From positions 1 to 64,000 of the IMG/VR virus record IMGVR_UViG_2857429247_000001: DNA of 64,000 nucleotides; one strand, given 5' to 3'. The position numbers and the translations under genes were made by a program. The notes beneath the pieces were generated by a model. The model was not told the DNA's origin. It did no database searches and worked only from the letters and a program-made list of their open reading frames with translations. Shown piece after piece: positions 28,207 through 37,243 of the stretch (its first letter is position 1; every line of letters starts with the position of its first letter). This stretch comes from a virus (lineage: Duplodnaviria; Caudoviricetes).

Positions 28207-28592
28207 ACGAGCATCTCCTCCAGTCGCTGCGCGATGAGAATGCCCAGCTTCGTGAGCAACTCGCGGCGATGCGCGCGGCGCTGTCCGAATGCCCTCCGCT
28301 GCCCGAGGAATGGGGACTGACGCCGTGCCAAGCGCGCGTGTTCGGCGTCCTCATTCGCCGCGAGAGGCCGAGCAGAACCGCGATCATGACCGCGCTCTAC
28401 TCCGACCGGGCAGAAGCCGACATCGTCGAAGATCCGACCATGATCTCGATCTTCATCATGAAGATCCGGCGCAAGCTCAAGCCGTTCGACATCGAGATCC
28501 GGACCCTGCGGGGACACGGCTACGCGCTCGATGCGGCGACTCGCGCGCGGTTCGCCCACGCCGTCCAGCCGGCGCTGAGGATCGCGGCATGA
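28203..28592 (+). CDS. Receiver-less OmpR/PhoB-type winged helix (CtrA-like DNA-binding domain)
   Basis: LTPCQARVF, IMTALY, ISIFIMKIRRKL, IRTLRGHGY. Confidence 0.75.
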   Translation: MNEHLLQSLRDENAQLREQLAAMRAALSECPPLPEEWGLTPCQARVFGVLIRRERPSRTAIMTALYSDRAEADIVEDPTMISIFIMKIRRKLKPFDIEIRTLRGHGYALDAATRARFAHAVQPALRIAA

Positions 28593-29269
28593 ACATCCCG
28601 CTCCTCGCCGCTCCGACAGGGGCGCCCTGGGCGCTCGACCCGCTGCCGATGTTCTCCTTCGACGTGATCATGGCGGATCCGCCCTGGCTCTTCGAAAACT
28701 ATTCGGAGAAGGGCGAGGGCAAGAACCCGAAGCAACATTACGAGTGCATGCCGACGGCGGAGATCGCCGCGATGCCCGTCGGGCATCTCGCCCGCGGCGA
28801 TGCCTGGCTCTGGCTCTGGGGCACGTGGCCGATGCTGCCCGACGCGATGGCCGTCATGGCGGCTTGGGGATTCCGCTACGTCGCCGGCGGCCCCTGGGTG
28901 AAGCGCGGCCGCTCCGGCAAGGTCGCGTTCGGTCAAGGCTACATCTTCCGGGAGTGCAATGAGGTGTTCCTCGTGGGCAAGATGGGCGCGCCGCCCGTCT
29001 GCTCGCGCTCCATCCGAAACCTGATCGAGGCGCCGCGCCGGCAGCACAGCCGCAAGCCCGATGAGGCCTATGACGTCTGCGAGCGGCTCTTCGGCCCCGC
29101 GCGCCGCGCCGACATCTTCAGCCGCGAGACTCGGCTTGGCTGGTCCAGCTGGGGCCGTGAGGCCGGGAAATTCGACGCTGGGGCGCCGGCGATCGCCGCC
29201 TCAGCCCTTCCCACCGTCCTGACGCCGGAACCCGCTCCGGCGCCGCTCCTCGCATTCGGGGGGATGTAG
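28589..29269 (+). CDS. MT-A70 family N6-adenine methyltransferase
   Basis: DVIMADPPW, HYECM, WGFRY, HSRKPDE, FSR..R.GWSSWG.E. Confidence 0.92.
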   Translation: MNIPLLAAPTGAPWALDPLPMFSFDVIMADPPWLFENYSEKGEGKNPKQHYECMPTAEIAAMPVGHLARGDAWLWLWGTWPMLPDAMAVMAAWGFRYVAGGPWVKRGRSGKVAFGQGYIFRECNEVFLVGKMGAPPVCSRSIRNLIEAPRRQHSRKPDEAYDVCERLFGPARRADIFSRETRLGWSSWGREAGKFDAGAPAIAASALPTVLTPEPAPAPLLAFGGM

Positions 29270-29271
29270 CT

Positions 29272-29727
29272 ATGGCAAATGTGCCGGCCCCTTCGCCGCG
29301 CCAGCGCTTCCACGCCGCAAAGGGTTGTTCGGGCCACAAGCCCCCCGTCGTGGTGTTGGAGGTCTACCGGAATGGAGACCGCTTAGTCGCGTCTGGGTTC
29401 AGCACGCACATCCGGTGCGATGACCCGGCCCCAGAAAACCCCGTCCTGGCTTACGGCGTGCTTCAGTCAAAGTGGCTTCGCTTGCGTCGGCAAGTATTCG
29501 AGCGTGACGGGTTCCGGTGCACTTACTGCGGTTCGGTGGAAGCCCCCCTCCACTGTGACCATCGCCAGCCCTGGGCGAAGGGTGGCGAGACCGTCCTCGC
29601 CAATCTGACAACCGCCTGCCAGCGCTGCAACAACGGCAAAAGGGATCGGTCCGCTGAAGAGTGGATCGCGATCCTCCAAGCACGCGCTCAGGCTGCGGCC
29701 TCCCAATATCCAGAACTAGGCGCGTGA
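29272..29727 (+). CDS. HNH endonuclease
   Basis: VFERDGFRCTYCG...HCDH..P..KGG....NL..AC..CN..K. Confidence 0.85.
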   Translation: MANVPAPSPRQRFHAAKGCSGHKPPVVVLEVYRNGDRLVASGFSTHIRCDDPAPENPVLAYGVLQSKWLRLRRQVFERDGFRCTYCGSVEAPLHCDHRQPWAKGGETVLANLTTACQRCNNGKRDRSAEEWIAILQARAQAAASQYPELGA

Positions 29728-29728
29728 G

Positions 29729-30757
29729 ATGTCTGATCGCCTCCCCTGGTTCCGATGCACCCCTTCCGCGCTTCTGGGCGCGATGGCCGGATTGCAGCCG
29801 GACGAGAGCCTGATCTACGTGACGGTCCTGATGAGGATTTATGAGACCGGTGGCCCTATCGCGGACACGGCTCGCACCTTGGCTCGCCGGACCGGGATCA
29901 CCGAGCGGCGGGCTGCTAATGCCATCGAGGGGCTCTCGCTCGCCCGCAAGATCACGATCCTGTCCGATGAGAGGATCGACAGCATATCGACACATGCTGA
30001 GCTGAGCTGGCAGCGCGAGCGCCGGGCGGACAAGGCCGATGCTGGAAAGGCCAGCGCCAAGTCGCGCGCGCATCGGGCGAAAGTCGACAGGATCGCAGCG
30101 GCATCAGAAACGGTCGTCAAATTTCCGGGCCAAAAAAACCAAGGAAATCAACGATCCAAATCAACGGCTGCTGAACAGATGTCCGGAGAAGAAGAACAAG
30201 AAGATAGAGATAACCCCTCCCTCCCGCCTGCGCCCATCCCATTGGACTGGCAGCCCGATGACGGAGATCTGAAGGCCGCTCGCCAGTTCGGCGTGGCGGA
30301 TGCCGATCTCCCCCGAGAGGTCATGGTGTTCATCGCTCACATGCGTGAGCAGAAAATCCGGGACACGGAGTGGCGGTATCGCTGGGTGAAATTCATCAGC
30401 CACTACCGCCCTTCGAAGGTCGGTCATGCTCGCTCCGGCGGCTCAGGGGTACGCCGCGAACCCCCCATGAGCGCCCAGACTGCCAACCTCGTCCGCATCG
30501 CCGAGAAGTTCGCCGCGGAGCAATCGACAGGAGTCGCCACCCATGTCCCAGGATCTGATCCCGACGAACTCATCGACATCCCTGACGACGACGAAGGCGG
30601 CGAGCCGGCGGCAGCTCGAGGCGAGGATCGAGGTGTTGCATGGGCATCTGGCGGTGGATCCGGCCCTTCCGACGCGCTTCTCCGTGCCGCGGGCTTTGGC
30701 GGCCACGACAGCCGAGCGTCGCGCGCTCTCCGTCGTTCGCGACCGCCTCGAGGCTGA
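29729..30757 (+). CDS. Phage replication initiator (DUF1376/YdaU-like N-terminus)
   Basis: PWFRCTPSALL...IYVTVLMRIYETGGPI; AGKASA; IPLDWQP DnaT-like C-terminal segment. Confidence 0.75.
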   Translation: MSDRLPWFRCTPSALLGAMAGLQPDESLIYVTVLMRIYETGGPIADTARTLARRTGITERRAANAIEGLSLARKITILSDERIDSISTHAELSWQRERRADKADAGKASAKSRAHRAKVDRIAAASETVVKFPGQKNQGNQRSKSTAAEQMSGEEEQEDRDNPSLPPAPIPLDWQPDDGDLKAARQFGVADADLPREVMVFIAHMREQKIRDTEWRYRWVKFISHYRPSKVGHARSGGSGVRREPPMSAQTANLVRIAEKFAAEQSTGVATHVPGSDPDELIDIPDDDEGGEPAAARGEDRGVAWASGGGSGPSDALLRAAGFGGHDSRASRALRRSRPPRG

Positions 30758-31355
30758 GCTCAAGCCCTGGGAGGACCGAGATCTCGTCGACGCGGTGATC
30801 GGCAAGATGCTGAAGGGGTTCGAGCTCGGTCAGGGGCTGAGCGAGATGGACCGCCGGGTGCTAAACGGCGAGTTCATCGACGCGGTGCGGAAGTTGCCGC
30901 TCTGGGCGATCAAGGCGGCCGCAGAGCGGTTCAGGGACCGCGAGAACCTGTTGCCCTGGAACTCGGCGTTCCGGCCCAACCCGGCGCAGTTCGCCGAGGA
31001 GGCACGGGAGGGGATGATCCCCCACCGGAAGAAGCTACTGCACACCAATCGGGTGATGAATGCCGAGGTGGTTGACCCGCCCAGCCCGGCTCAGCGCGAT
31101 CGAGTGGCGAAGCTCGCCGCAGCGTTCCGCGCCCAGTCCATGGCCGGCGCCGATGGCCGGCCCATGCCGACCGAGTCGGAGATTGGTCGCGCCCGGGAGG
31201 CAGCGCTGCGCGAGCATGGCGCGGCGCTGACACGGTCGGCCGCGAACGGCGGCTTGGCGGCGCTGACCGCGCGTCTGGACGCGAAGAAGCGAGGCGGCCG
31301 ACCGGCGCAGGGTGAAGCCGGCCAGGAGTTCACGGGTGAAGGCGGCCACGCCTGA
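30543..31355 (+). CDS. Putative replication accessory (helicase loader-like)
   Basis: Follows initiator; LPLWAIKAAAERF...FRPNPAQF. Confidence 0.55.
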   Translation: MSQDLIPTNSSTSLTTTKAASRRQLEARIEVLHGHLAVDPALPTRFSVPRALAATTAERRALSVVRDRLEAELKPWEDRDLVDAVIGKMLKGFELGQGLSEMDRRVLNGEFIDAVRKLPLWAIKAAAERFRDRENLLPWNSAFRPNPAQFAEEAREGMIPHRKKLLHTNRVMNAEVVDPPSPAQRDRVAKLAAAFRAQSMAGADGRPMPTESEIGRAREAALREHGAALTRSAANGGLAALTARLDAKKRGGRPAQGEAGQEFTGEGGHA

Positions 31356-31716
31356 CCTCTTCGACCAGCGGATCACAGGGAGCGGAGCGATGGACGGGGA
31401 TCGGATCCAGAAGGCCACCAAGAACCTGCTGACGGCGGCGCTGATGTCGGCCGACGAACTGGCGGCGAAGAAGGGCGACGGCGACATCTTTGTTCGGATC
31501 AAGCGCAACAGCGAGCGGCTCTCGGCCTGCGCCGGGCACGAGTTTGAGCCCGATCCAGACTGGCGGACGTGGAAGCCGAACCGGACCGTGCACTGCCGGC
31601 GCTGCGGCGGCGACATGAAGATGCACGACGCGATGGAATACCTGCGCGGCTTCGCGCACGGCAGCGGGCAGGACTTCAAGGTGCTGTGCGCGGCGATCTG
31701 GCCGCCGGCCTCCTGA
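31336..31716 (+). CDS. Hypothetical protein with CxxC
   Basis: CAGHEF...HCRRCGG; start uncertain. Confidence 0.55.
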   Translation: MKAATPDLFDQRITGSGAMDGDRIQKATKNLLTAALMSADELAAKKGDGDIFVRIKRNSERLSACAGHEFEPDPDWRTWKPNRTVHCRRCGGDMKMHDAMEYLRGFAHGSGQDFKVLCAAIWPPAS

Positions 31717-31757
31717 TCGGAATCGGTCGACCAGTTCACGGGTGAAGGATATCACGC

Positions 31758-32243
31758 ATGAAGGCGGGTGAGACGATGGCGGCCGCTCAGCCCTCCCCCC
31801 CGCTGCGGGGGAGGGTGATGGAGGCGGCGATCGACCACGAGGCGCTCGTCGCCACCTGGCGCGCGGGCCATGCGCAACTCGACCCGGCGCGAGCGCCGGC
31901 ACCGGGGATCATCAACGTCGAGCCGGGCCCGGTCGGCCGGGCCGGCGTGTGGGGCTTCGTCCACGAGATGATGGGCCGGTTCATCGAGGAGCGCGGCACG
32001 GAGGCCGCCGCCCTCGGCTGGACGACGCTGGCACTGTTCGGCGTGCACCGGACCGCGGGCGCAATGCGCGTGGACGCAACGGGGGCGCTGATCACGCTCT
32101 ATCCGCGCAAGGTGATTGCGATCTCGGCGACCGAGATCAAGCTGAGCCGTCGCGGCGTGGTGCAGACCTATCGCGGGCTGGTGAACCCGGCGGCGAGCGT
32201 TCCGGTGTGGGACTTCCGCTATCCGGAGAAGGCCAAGCCATGA
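31758..32243 (+). CDS. Hypothetical protein
   Basis: AAALGWTTLALFGVH segment; ATGA-coupled to next gene. Confidence 0.6.
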   Translation: MKAGETMAAAQPSPPLRGRVMEAAIDHEALVATWRAGHAQLDPARAPAPGIINVEPGPVGRAGVWGFVHEMMGRFIEERGTEAAALGWTTLALFGVHRTAGAMRVDATGALITLYPRKVIAISATEIKLSRRGVVQTYRGLVNPAASVPVWDFRYPEKAKP

Positions 32244-32584
32244 CGCCCGCGGAGGTAATCGCCGCCCTCTCGGGCAAGCGCATGCGCTGCTCGACCGAGC
32301 GCGCGTTGCAGGACGATATCGAATCGGTCCTGCGCGCCGCCGGGCGCCCGTTCGAGCGCGAGCGCTGGCTCGGCGCCGAGACGGGGCGCATCGACTTCCT
32401 CGCCGGCCGCACGGGCGTCGAGGTGAAGGTGAAGGGCGGCGCCCGGGAGATCCACCGGCAGGTGCTGCGCTACTGCGGGCATCCGGCGATTGACGCCGTG
32501 GTGCTCGCCACGACCAAGGCGGTGAGCCTGCCGCCCATGCCCAAACCCGTCCACATCCTCGACCTGTCGCGAGCCTGGCTTTAA
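32240..32584 (+). CDS. PD-(D/E)xK-type nuclease
   Basis: E..LQ, RIDFL, GVEVK, Q..RY motifs; stop supplied by IS end. Confidence 0.7.
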   Translation: MTPAEVIAALSGKRMRCSTERALQDDIESVLRAAGRPFERERWLGAETGRIDFLAGRTGVEVKVKGGAREIHRQVLRYCGHPAIDAVVLATTKAVSLPPMPKPVHILDLSRAWL

Positions 32585-32780
32585 CATCTTCCCCGCCCTG
32601 AAGGACGGGGATTTTCGGAGATCGTGAGATCTCGTCCAGTTGACGCTTCACAGGGCCGCTTATGCAAACCCTCCACGTCCAGCAACGCGCTGTTCGCACG
32701 CCGTCTAATATTAATCGCCGCGTTGATGTCGGCGTGGCCGGCGTGGCCGCAACTGATGCATCGGAAGACCGCTTGGCTCT
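32561..32780 (-). ncRNA. Predicted TnpB omegaRNA/reRNA (boundaries approximate)
   Basis: Known architecture: scaffold overlaps tnpB 3' end/RE; guide from flank AGCCAGGCTCGCGACAGGTC. Confidence 0.6.
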
Positions 32781-33813
32781 CGCGGCTCCTCGCATCGACC
32801 ACACCACACGCCGCGCAGGTCTGCGACGTGAACTGCGCGGGAACGGTGACAACCTGACCGCCGCGCGCCTCCATCTTGTACGTCAGGATCGTCGCGAACT
32901 GGTGCCAGCCCGCGTTGAGGATCACCCGGTTCAGACCGGCCTTCTGGCGGACGTTGCGGCCGGGCTCTGCGAGGGTGCCTTTCGCGCTCGCGGTCATCGC
33001 GCGTGTGTTCAAGCCCTCCAACACCGCCGTCCCGAACCGGCGGCTGATGTCGAGGGCGGCGCGGTGGTGGAAGTCGCGCCGGATGCGGGCCTGCCGGGCC
33101 TGGAGGCGGGCGACGCGGGCCAGCGCGCGGCGCCTCCGGTTCGACCCGCGCTTGCGCCGAGAGGCAACCCTCTGCGCCTTGCGCTTCCTCGCCTCGATCC
33201 GTTCCAGGCTCTCGGGCAGGCGCATGGTCTCGCCCGTGGACAGGGCGAGCGTGGTCGTCACACCGCGGTCTATCCCGACCACCTCGGCGCTCGGGGCGGG
33301 CGCCGCGTGCTCGACTTCGCAGGTGAAGGCGACGTGCCAGCCGATCGGATCGAGGGAGACGGTGGCGTTCTTGACCGTGCCCTGGATCGGCCGCGTGTCG
33401 CGGAACCGAACCCAGCCGATCTTGGGCAGGCGCACGGCCGACCACTTCGCGCTGAGCCGCCGCACCGCGACCTCTCGCCCGGGAAAGCGGAAGCTGTCGT
33501 CCTCACCACGCCGACGCTGGCGCGGGAACGCGGCGCGACCCGTGAAGAAGTTCTGGAACGCCCGGTCGAGGTCCCGCAGGGCCTGCTGCTGACACGAGAC
33601 GTAGACGGCCCGCACCCAATCGAACTCGGCACGCAATCGGGTGAGGTCGGCGGCTTGGCCGACGTACCCGAGGCGGTGCTTGCGACCCCAGATCGCTCTC
33701 TGTTCGAGGGCGAGGTTGTAGGTCAATCGGCACACGCCCGCGAACTGCCGGAACAGGTCTTCCTGCTCGGGCAACGGATCCAGTTTGAACCTGTATCCAC
33801 GTGCGATGATCAC
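32581..33813 (-). CDS. tnpB: RNA-guided endonuclease TnpB
   Basis: N-terminal HTH (YRFKLDP), RuvC GIDRG / VLEGL / HADINAA, zinc finger CAAC...CISC. Confidence 0.95.
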   Translation of the reverse strand: MIIARGYRFKLDPLPEQEDLFRQFAGVCRLTYNLALEQRAIWGRKHRLGYVGQAADLTRLRAEFDWVRAVYVSCQQQALRDLDRAFQNFFTGRAAFPRQRRRGEDDSFRFPGREVAVRRLSAKWSAVRLPKIGWVRFRDTRPIQGTVKNATVSLDPIGWHVAFTCEVEHAAPAPSAEVVGIDRGVTTTLALSTGETMRLPESLERIEARKRKAQRVASRRKRGSNRRRRALARVARLQARQARIRRDFHHRAALDISRRFGTAVLEGLNTRAMTASAKGTLAEPGRNVRQKAGLNRVILNAGWHQFATILTYKMEARGGQVVTVPAQFTSQTCAACGVVDARSRESQAVFRCISCGHAGHADINAAINIRRRANSALLDVEGLHKRPCEASTGRDLTISENPRPSGRGRC

Positions 33814-33911
33814 GGTCTGTTCCTATCACGGGGCGGGCATCTCACCAACCATTCATGCCGCGCAGACGTGCGGCCTCCTCGGCCTGAAGGCCGAGGTTTC
33901 AGGAGTTGCCG
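32581..33911 (-). mobile_element. IS200/IS605-family TnpB-only (IS1341-like) element
   Basis: Subterminal hairpins CCTCGGCCttcaGGCCGAGG (LE) and CCCCGTCCttcaGGGCGGGG (RE); removal restores ...TGG CTA TGA/ATG overlap; no TSD. Confidence 0.9.
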
Positions 33912-35678
33912 ATGAGCGCTGCCCTATCCCTGTCCCTGCCCGTGCCGGCCCCGGCGCGCACCTACGGCACCCTGACGCTCGACCGTGACCGGAGCGAGTG
34001 GATCCTCGACGGGATGGACCCGCACGTCGCGATCCGGTTGAAGAACGCCTTCCCCCGGGTGTCGAAGACCGGCACCCAGCCGTTCCAGTTCCGCGACACG
34101 CCGGAGGGCTGCGCCGATCTCGACTGGTTCCTCTCCCGCTATCCGATGCGCATGCTCGACGGCGACGCCTCGGCGCTCCAGGCCGGCCGCAGGCGGTTCG
34201 AGGCGGACATCGCCGAGGCGGAGCGCCTGCTCCTGCCGGACTACACGCCGCCGCCCTTCGCCGGCTTCCGAGAGGGACTCGCGCCCTATCCGATGCAGAC
34301 GGTGGCGATCGAACTGGCGCGGATGCGCGGGCGCCTGCTCCTCGGCGACGACCTGGGCCTCGGCAAGACCACGGTGGCGCTGGGCGCGATCCTGGAGCCG
34401 CGCTTGCTGCCCGCCGCCGTGGTGGTGCAGTCGCACCTCGGGCCGCAATGGGAGAAGCGGGCGCAGGTCTTCACGAACCTACGGGTGCACCGGATCAAGG
34501 GGACCAAGCCCTACGACCTGCCGGAGGCCGACCTCTACATCTTCACCTACTCCCAGCTCGCCGGCTGGGTGAGCGTGTTCGAGGTCGTGCGCTGGCCGAC
34601 GGTGATCTATGACGAGATCCAGGAACTGCGCACGGGCGGGAAGGCCGCGAAGTACCGGGGCGCGGAGGTGCTGAGCCGGCACGCCGGCGCGCTGCGCCTC
34701 GGGCTCTCGGCCTCGCCGGTCTACAACTACGGCGACGAGATCTTCCCGATCCTGGAGCTGCTCGAGAAGGGCGCGCTCGGCTCCTACGACGAGTTCACGC
34801 GTGAATGGTGCAGCTACAACGGGCGGCGCTACATCGTTGACGATCCGGACGCGCTCGGGACCTACCTGCGCGAGCAGCACCTGATGCTTCGGCGCCTGCG
34901 CGGCGGCCGGCCGGTGAACACGATCGTTCGTCACGTCCCCTACGACGAGGAAATCGCGGCCGAGAGCGAGGACCTCGCCCGGGCGCTGGCGATCAAGGTG
35001 CTGAGCGGTTCGTTCGTCCAGCGGGGCCAGGCGGCGCGCGAGCTCGACATGCTGGCCCGGCAGGTGACCGGCGTGGCCAAGGCGCGGCACGTCGCGGCGG
35101 TGGTGCGGATCCTGCTCGAGAGCGGCACGCCGGTGGTGCTCGCGGGCTGGCACCGCGAGGTCTACGAGATCTGGTGCGAGGCGCTGAAGGATTTCGGGCC
35201 GGAGCTCTACACCGGCACGGAGTCGGCCTCGCGCAAGGAGAAGAGCAAGGATCGGTTCGTCTCCGGCGAGACCGATCTCCTGATCATGTCGCTGCGCTCC
35301 GGCGCCGGCCTCGACGGGCTGCAGGCGCGGTGCTGCACGGTGGTGTTCGGAGAACTGGACTGGTCGCCGAAGGTCCACGAGCAGCTCATCGGCCGCGTCG
35401 ACCGGCCGGGCCAGTCGGCCGAGGAGGTGACGGCGATCTACCTCGTCACCGACCAGGGCTCCGACCCGGTGGTGACCGGGGTGCTGGGCCTGAAGGGCGC
35501 CCAGGCGCGCGGGATCACCGACCCGCTGGCGGGTGTCGAGCACGTCTATTCCGACGAGAGCCGCGTCCGCCTGCTGGCTGAGCGCTACCTCGCCGCCCAG
35601 GGGCAGACGACGCCGCAGGCCGTGCCGAGCGCGACACCGCAGACCGTGACGCTGATGGAGGTTGGTGATGGACGATGA
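33912..35678 (+). CDS. SNF2-related helicase
   Basis: DDLGLGKT, YDEIQE, LSASP, GAGLDGLQ, ELDWSP..HEQLIGRVDRPGQ. Confidence 0.9.
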   Translation: MSAALSLSLPVPAPARTYGTLTLDRDRSEWILDGMDPHVAIRLKNAFPRVSKTGTQPFQFRDTPEGCADLDWFLSRYPMRMLDGDASALQAGRRRFEADIAEAERLLLPDYTPPPFAGFREGLAPYPMQTVAIELARMRGRLLLGDDLGLGKTTVALGAILEPRLLPAAVVVQSHLGPQWEKRAQVFTNLRVHRIKGTKPYDLPEADLYIFTYSQLAGWVSVFEVVRWPTVIYDEIQELRTGGKAAKYRGAEVLSRHAGALRLGLSASPVYNYGDEIFPILELLEKGALGSYDEFTREWCSYNGRRYIVDDPDALGTYLREQHLMLRRLRGGRPVNTIVRHVPYDEEIAAESEDLARALAIKVLSGSFVQRGQAARELDMLARQVTGVAKARHVAAVVRILLESGTPVVLAGWHREVYEIWCEALKDFGPELYTGTESASRKEKSKDRFVSGETDLLIMSLRSGAGLDGLQARCCTVVFGELDWSPKVHEQLIGRVDRPGQSAEEVTAIYLVTDQGSDPVVTGVLGLKGAQARGITDPLAGVEHVYSDESRVRLLAERYLAAQGQTTPQAVPSATPQTVTLMEVGDGR

Positions 35679-36078
35679 CCTGTTCGCAGGGCTGCCGCGG
35701 CTCGAGATGGCGCCGTCGGCAGACGGGATGATGGTTGGCGCGATGGGTGGCGGCGCCGCCTGTGGGCTGGAGATCGCGCCCGATCAGGCGCTGGCCGCCG
35801 GGATCTGGCTCCTCGACGCCGGCCTCGGCCGATCGCGGGACCCGCTCGAGGTCGGGGAGATCGTCGGCCCGAGCGCGCTGCGCCTCGCTCCGTTCGCCGG
35901 AGGCGACGTGGGCGCGTCCGTGGTCACCCTCGACGTGGGCGAGGAGCCGGCGCAGGTGGTGCTGAATCGCCTGCAGGCGATGCTGGCCGGCGAGCACCTG
36001 ATCGCCTGCGCGATCCGGGCGGGGGCGCGACCATCTGCGCAATCACCACTTGATCCCGAGGGGCTCATTCGGCTCTAG
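35668..36078 (+). CDS. Hypothetical protein
   Basis: GGAGG RBS; overlaps helicase end. Confidence 0.55.
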   Translation: MDDDLFAGLPRLEMAPSADGMMVGAMGGGAACGLEIAPDQALAAGIWLLDAGLGRSRDPLEVGEIVGPSALRLAPFAGGDVGASVVTLDVGEEPAQVVLNRLQAMLAGEHLIACAIRAGARPSAQSPLDPEGLIRL

Positions 36079-36082
36079 TATG

Positions 36083-36114
36083 TTCACGAGTTCACGCGTC
36101 GACGAATTCAGTCC
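36083..36114. repeat. 8-bp-period array upstream of mucR-like gene
   Basis: ttcacgag ttcacgcg tcgacgaa ttcagtcc. Confidence 0.6.
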
Positions 36115-36186
36115 GCGTGCCGTCCGCGGGGCGGAAACGGCCCCGGCCCGCGGTCTCCTTCAGGCGCCGAACCCGCGAGGTCCCGC

Positions 36187-36600
36187 ATGTCCGATCACAG
36201 CCCGTCCCTCACCCGCCTGACCGCCGATCTCGTATCGGCCTATGTGGCGCGCAACGCCGTACCGGCTTCGGACATGCCCGGCCTGATCCGGACGGTCCAC
36301 GCTGCGATCAGCGGGCTCGGGACGGCCGGTCCGGTGGCGCCGCAGGTGCGGACGCTCAGCCAGGCCGAGGTCAAGCGCTCGATCGCCGCCGACGGGCTGG
36401 TCAGCTTCATCGATGGGCGCACCTACCAGACGCTGCGACGCCATCTCACAGCCCACCGGATGACGCCGGACCAGTATCGCCGCGCGTACGGTCTTCCCGC
36501 GGATTATCCGCTCGTGGCACCGTCCTACTCGCAGAAGCGGTCCAAGATCGCCAAGGCGATCGGCCTGGGCGTGCCGAACGCTCTGGCGCAGGCGGCCTGA
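36187..36600 (+). CDS. mucR: MucR/Ros family transcriptional regulator
   Basis: LTADLVSAYV, SFIDGRTYQTLRRHL, YGLPADYPLVAPSYS..RS..AKAIGLG. Confidence 0.92.
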   Translation: MSDHSPSLTRLTADLVSAYVARNAVPASDMPGLIRTVHAAISGLGTAGPVAPQVRTLSQAEVKRSIAADGLVSFIDGRTYQTLRRHLTAHRMTPDQYRRAYGLPADYPLVAPSYSQKRSKIAKAIGLGVPNALAQAA

Positions 36601-36636
36601 TCCGCGGGCCCGGACCGCCATCCGGCGGCCGGGCAG

Positions 36637-36678
36637 TTCAACAGTTCACGGTTTCACCAATCGACGCATCCACCCGTC
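36637..36678. repeat. 8-bp-period array (5 units)
   Basis: ttcaacag ttcacggt ttcaccaa tcgacgca tccacccg. Confidence 0.6.
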
Positions 36679-36709
36679 CTATGATCGCCCGCCTTCCCGG
36701 ACTCCGGCC

Positions 36710-37168
36710 GTGCTGCACCAGATTCCCCAAGCTCACACGGCCGTGCCCCCAGTGGCGACCGCCTGGACCGTAGAAGACGTCGAGCGCTGGCTCATCGCCG
36801 GCTTTCGCGAGATGCTGTTCCGCCCGGTCTACGCACCGGGTGGCAACACGCTCCTGAGCGTGAACACGCCGATCTCCCCGTCCGCACCCTCGGCGACCTT
36901 CGACATCGTGGCCTTCGCCCCGACCGTGCTGGGCAAGGGGTCCCGGGAATGCCTCGCGGTGCTCACCTGGGCGCGCTCGCTGGCGGCGCGGGACACGGCG
37001 AAAGGAGACTGGTCGATCGCGGAGTTCTGCCGCGAGAAGGGCTGGCCGCGCCGCACCTTCGACCGGCGCCGGTTGCGCGCCTGCCAGAAGATCGCCCTCG
37101 CCAAGAACATCGCCGACGGCCTGCAACAACAGGAAAAAAACAGGACGACGCGCCGTAGGCCTACTTGA
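36710..37168 (+). CDS. Hypothetical protein, probable C-terminal HTH
   Basis: SIAEFCREKGWPRRTFDRRR..ACQKIA. Confidence 0.6.
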   Translation: MLHQIPQAHTAVPPVATAWTVEDVERWLIAGFREMLFRPVYAPGGNTLLSVNTPISPSAPSATFDIVAFAPTVLGKGSRECLAVLTWARSLAARDTAKGDWSIAEFCREKGWPRRTFDRRRLRACQKIALAKNIADGLQQQEKNRTTRRRPT

Positions 37169-37243
37169 CAGTGTCCGAGACGCGGCTGGCCACTGGGCTC
37201 AGGTTGTCAAGCAACCGTCCAGTCGATCCCATGGAGCACAGCT

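Noticed and set aside
29272-29727. Same 5'-end duplication trick for the other HNH genes (also 52226-52732)
   Set aside because: Their N-termini show no similarity to the downstream gene starts
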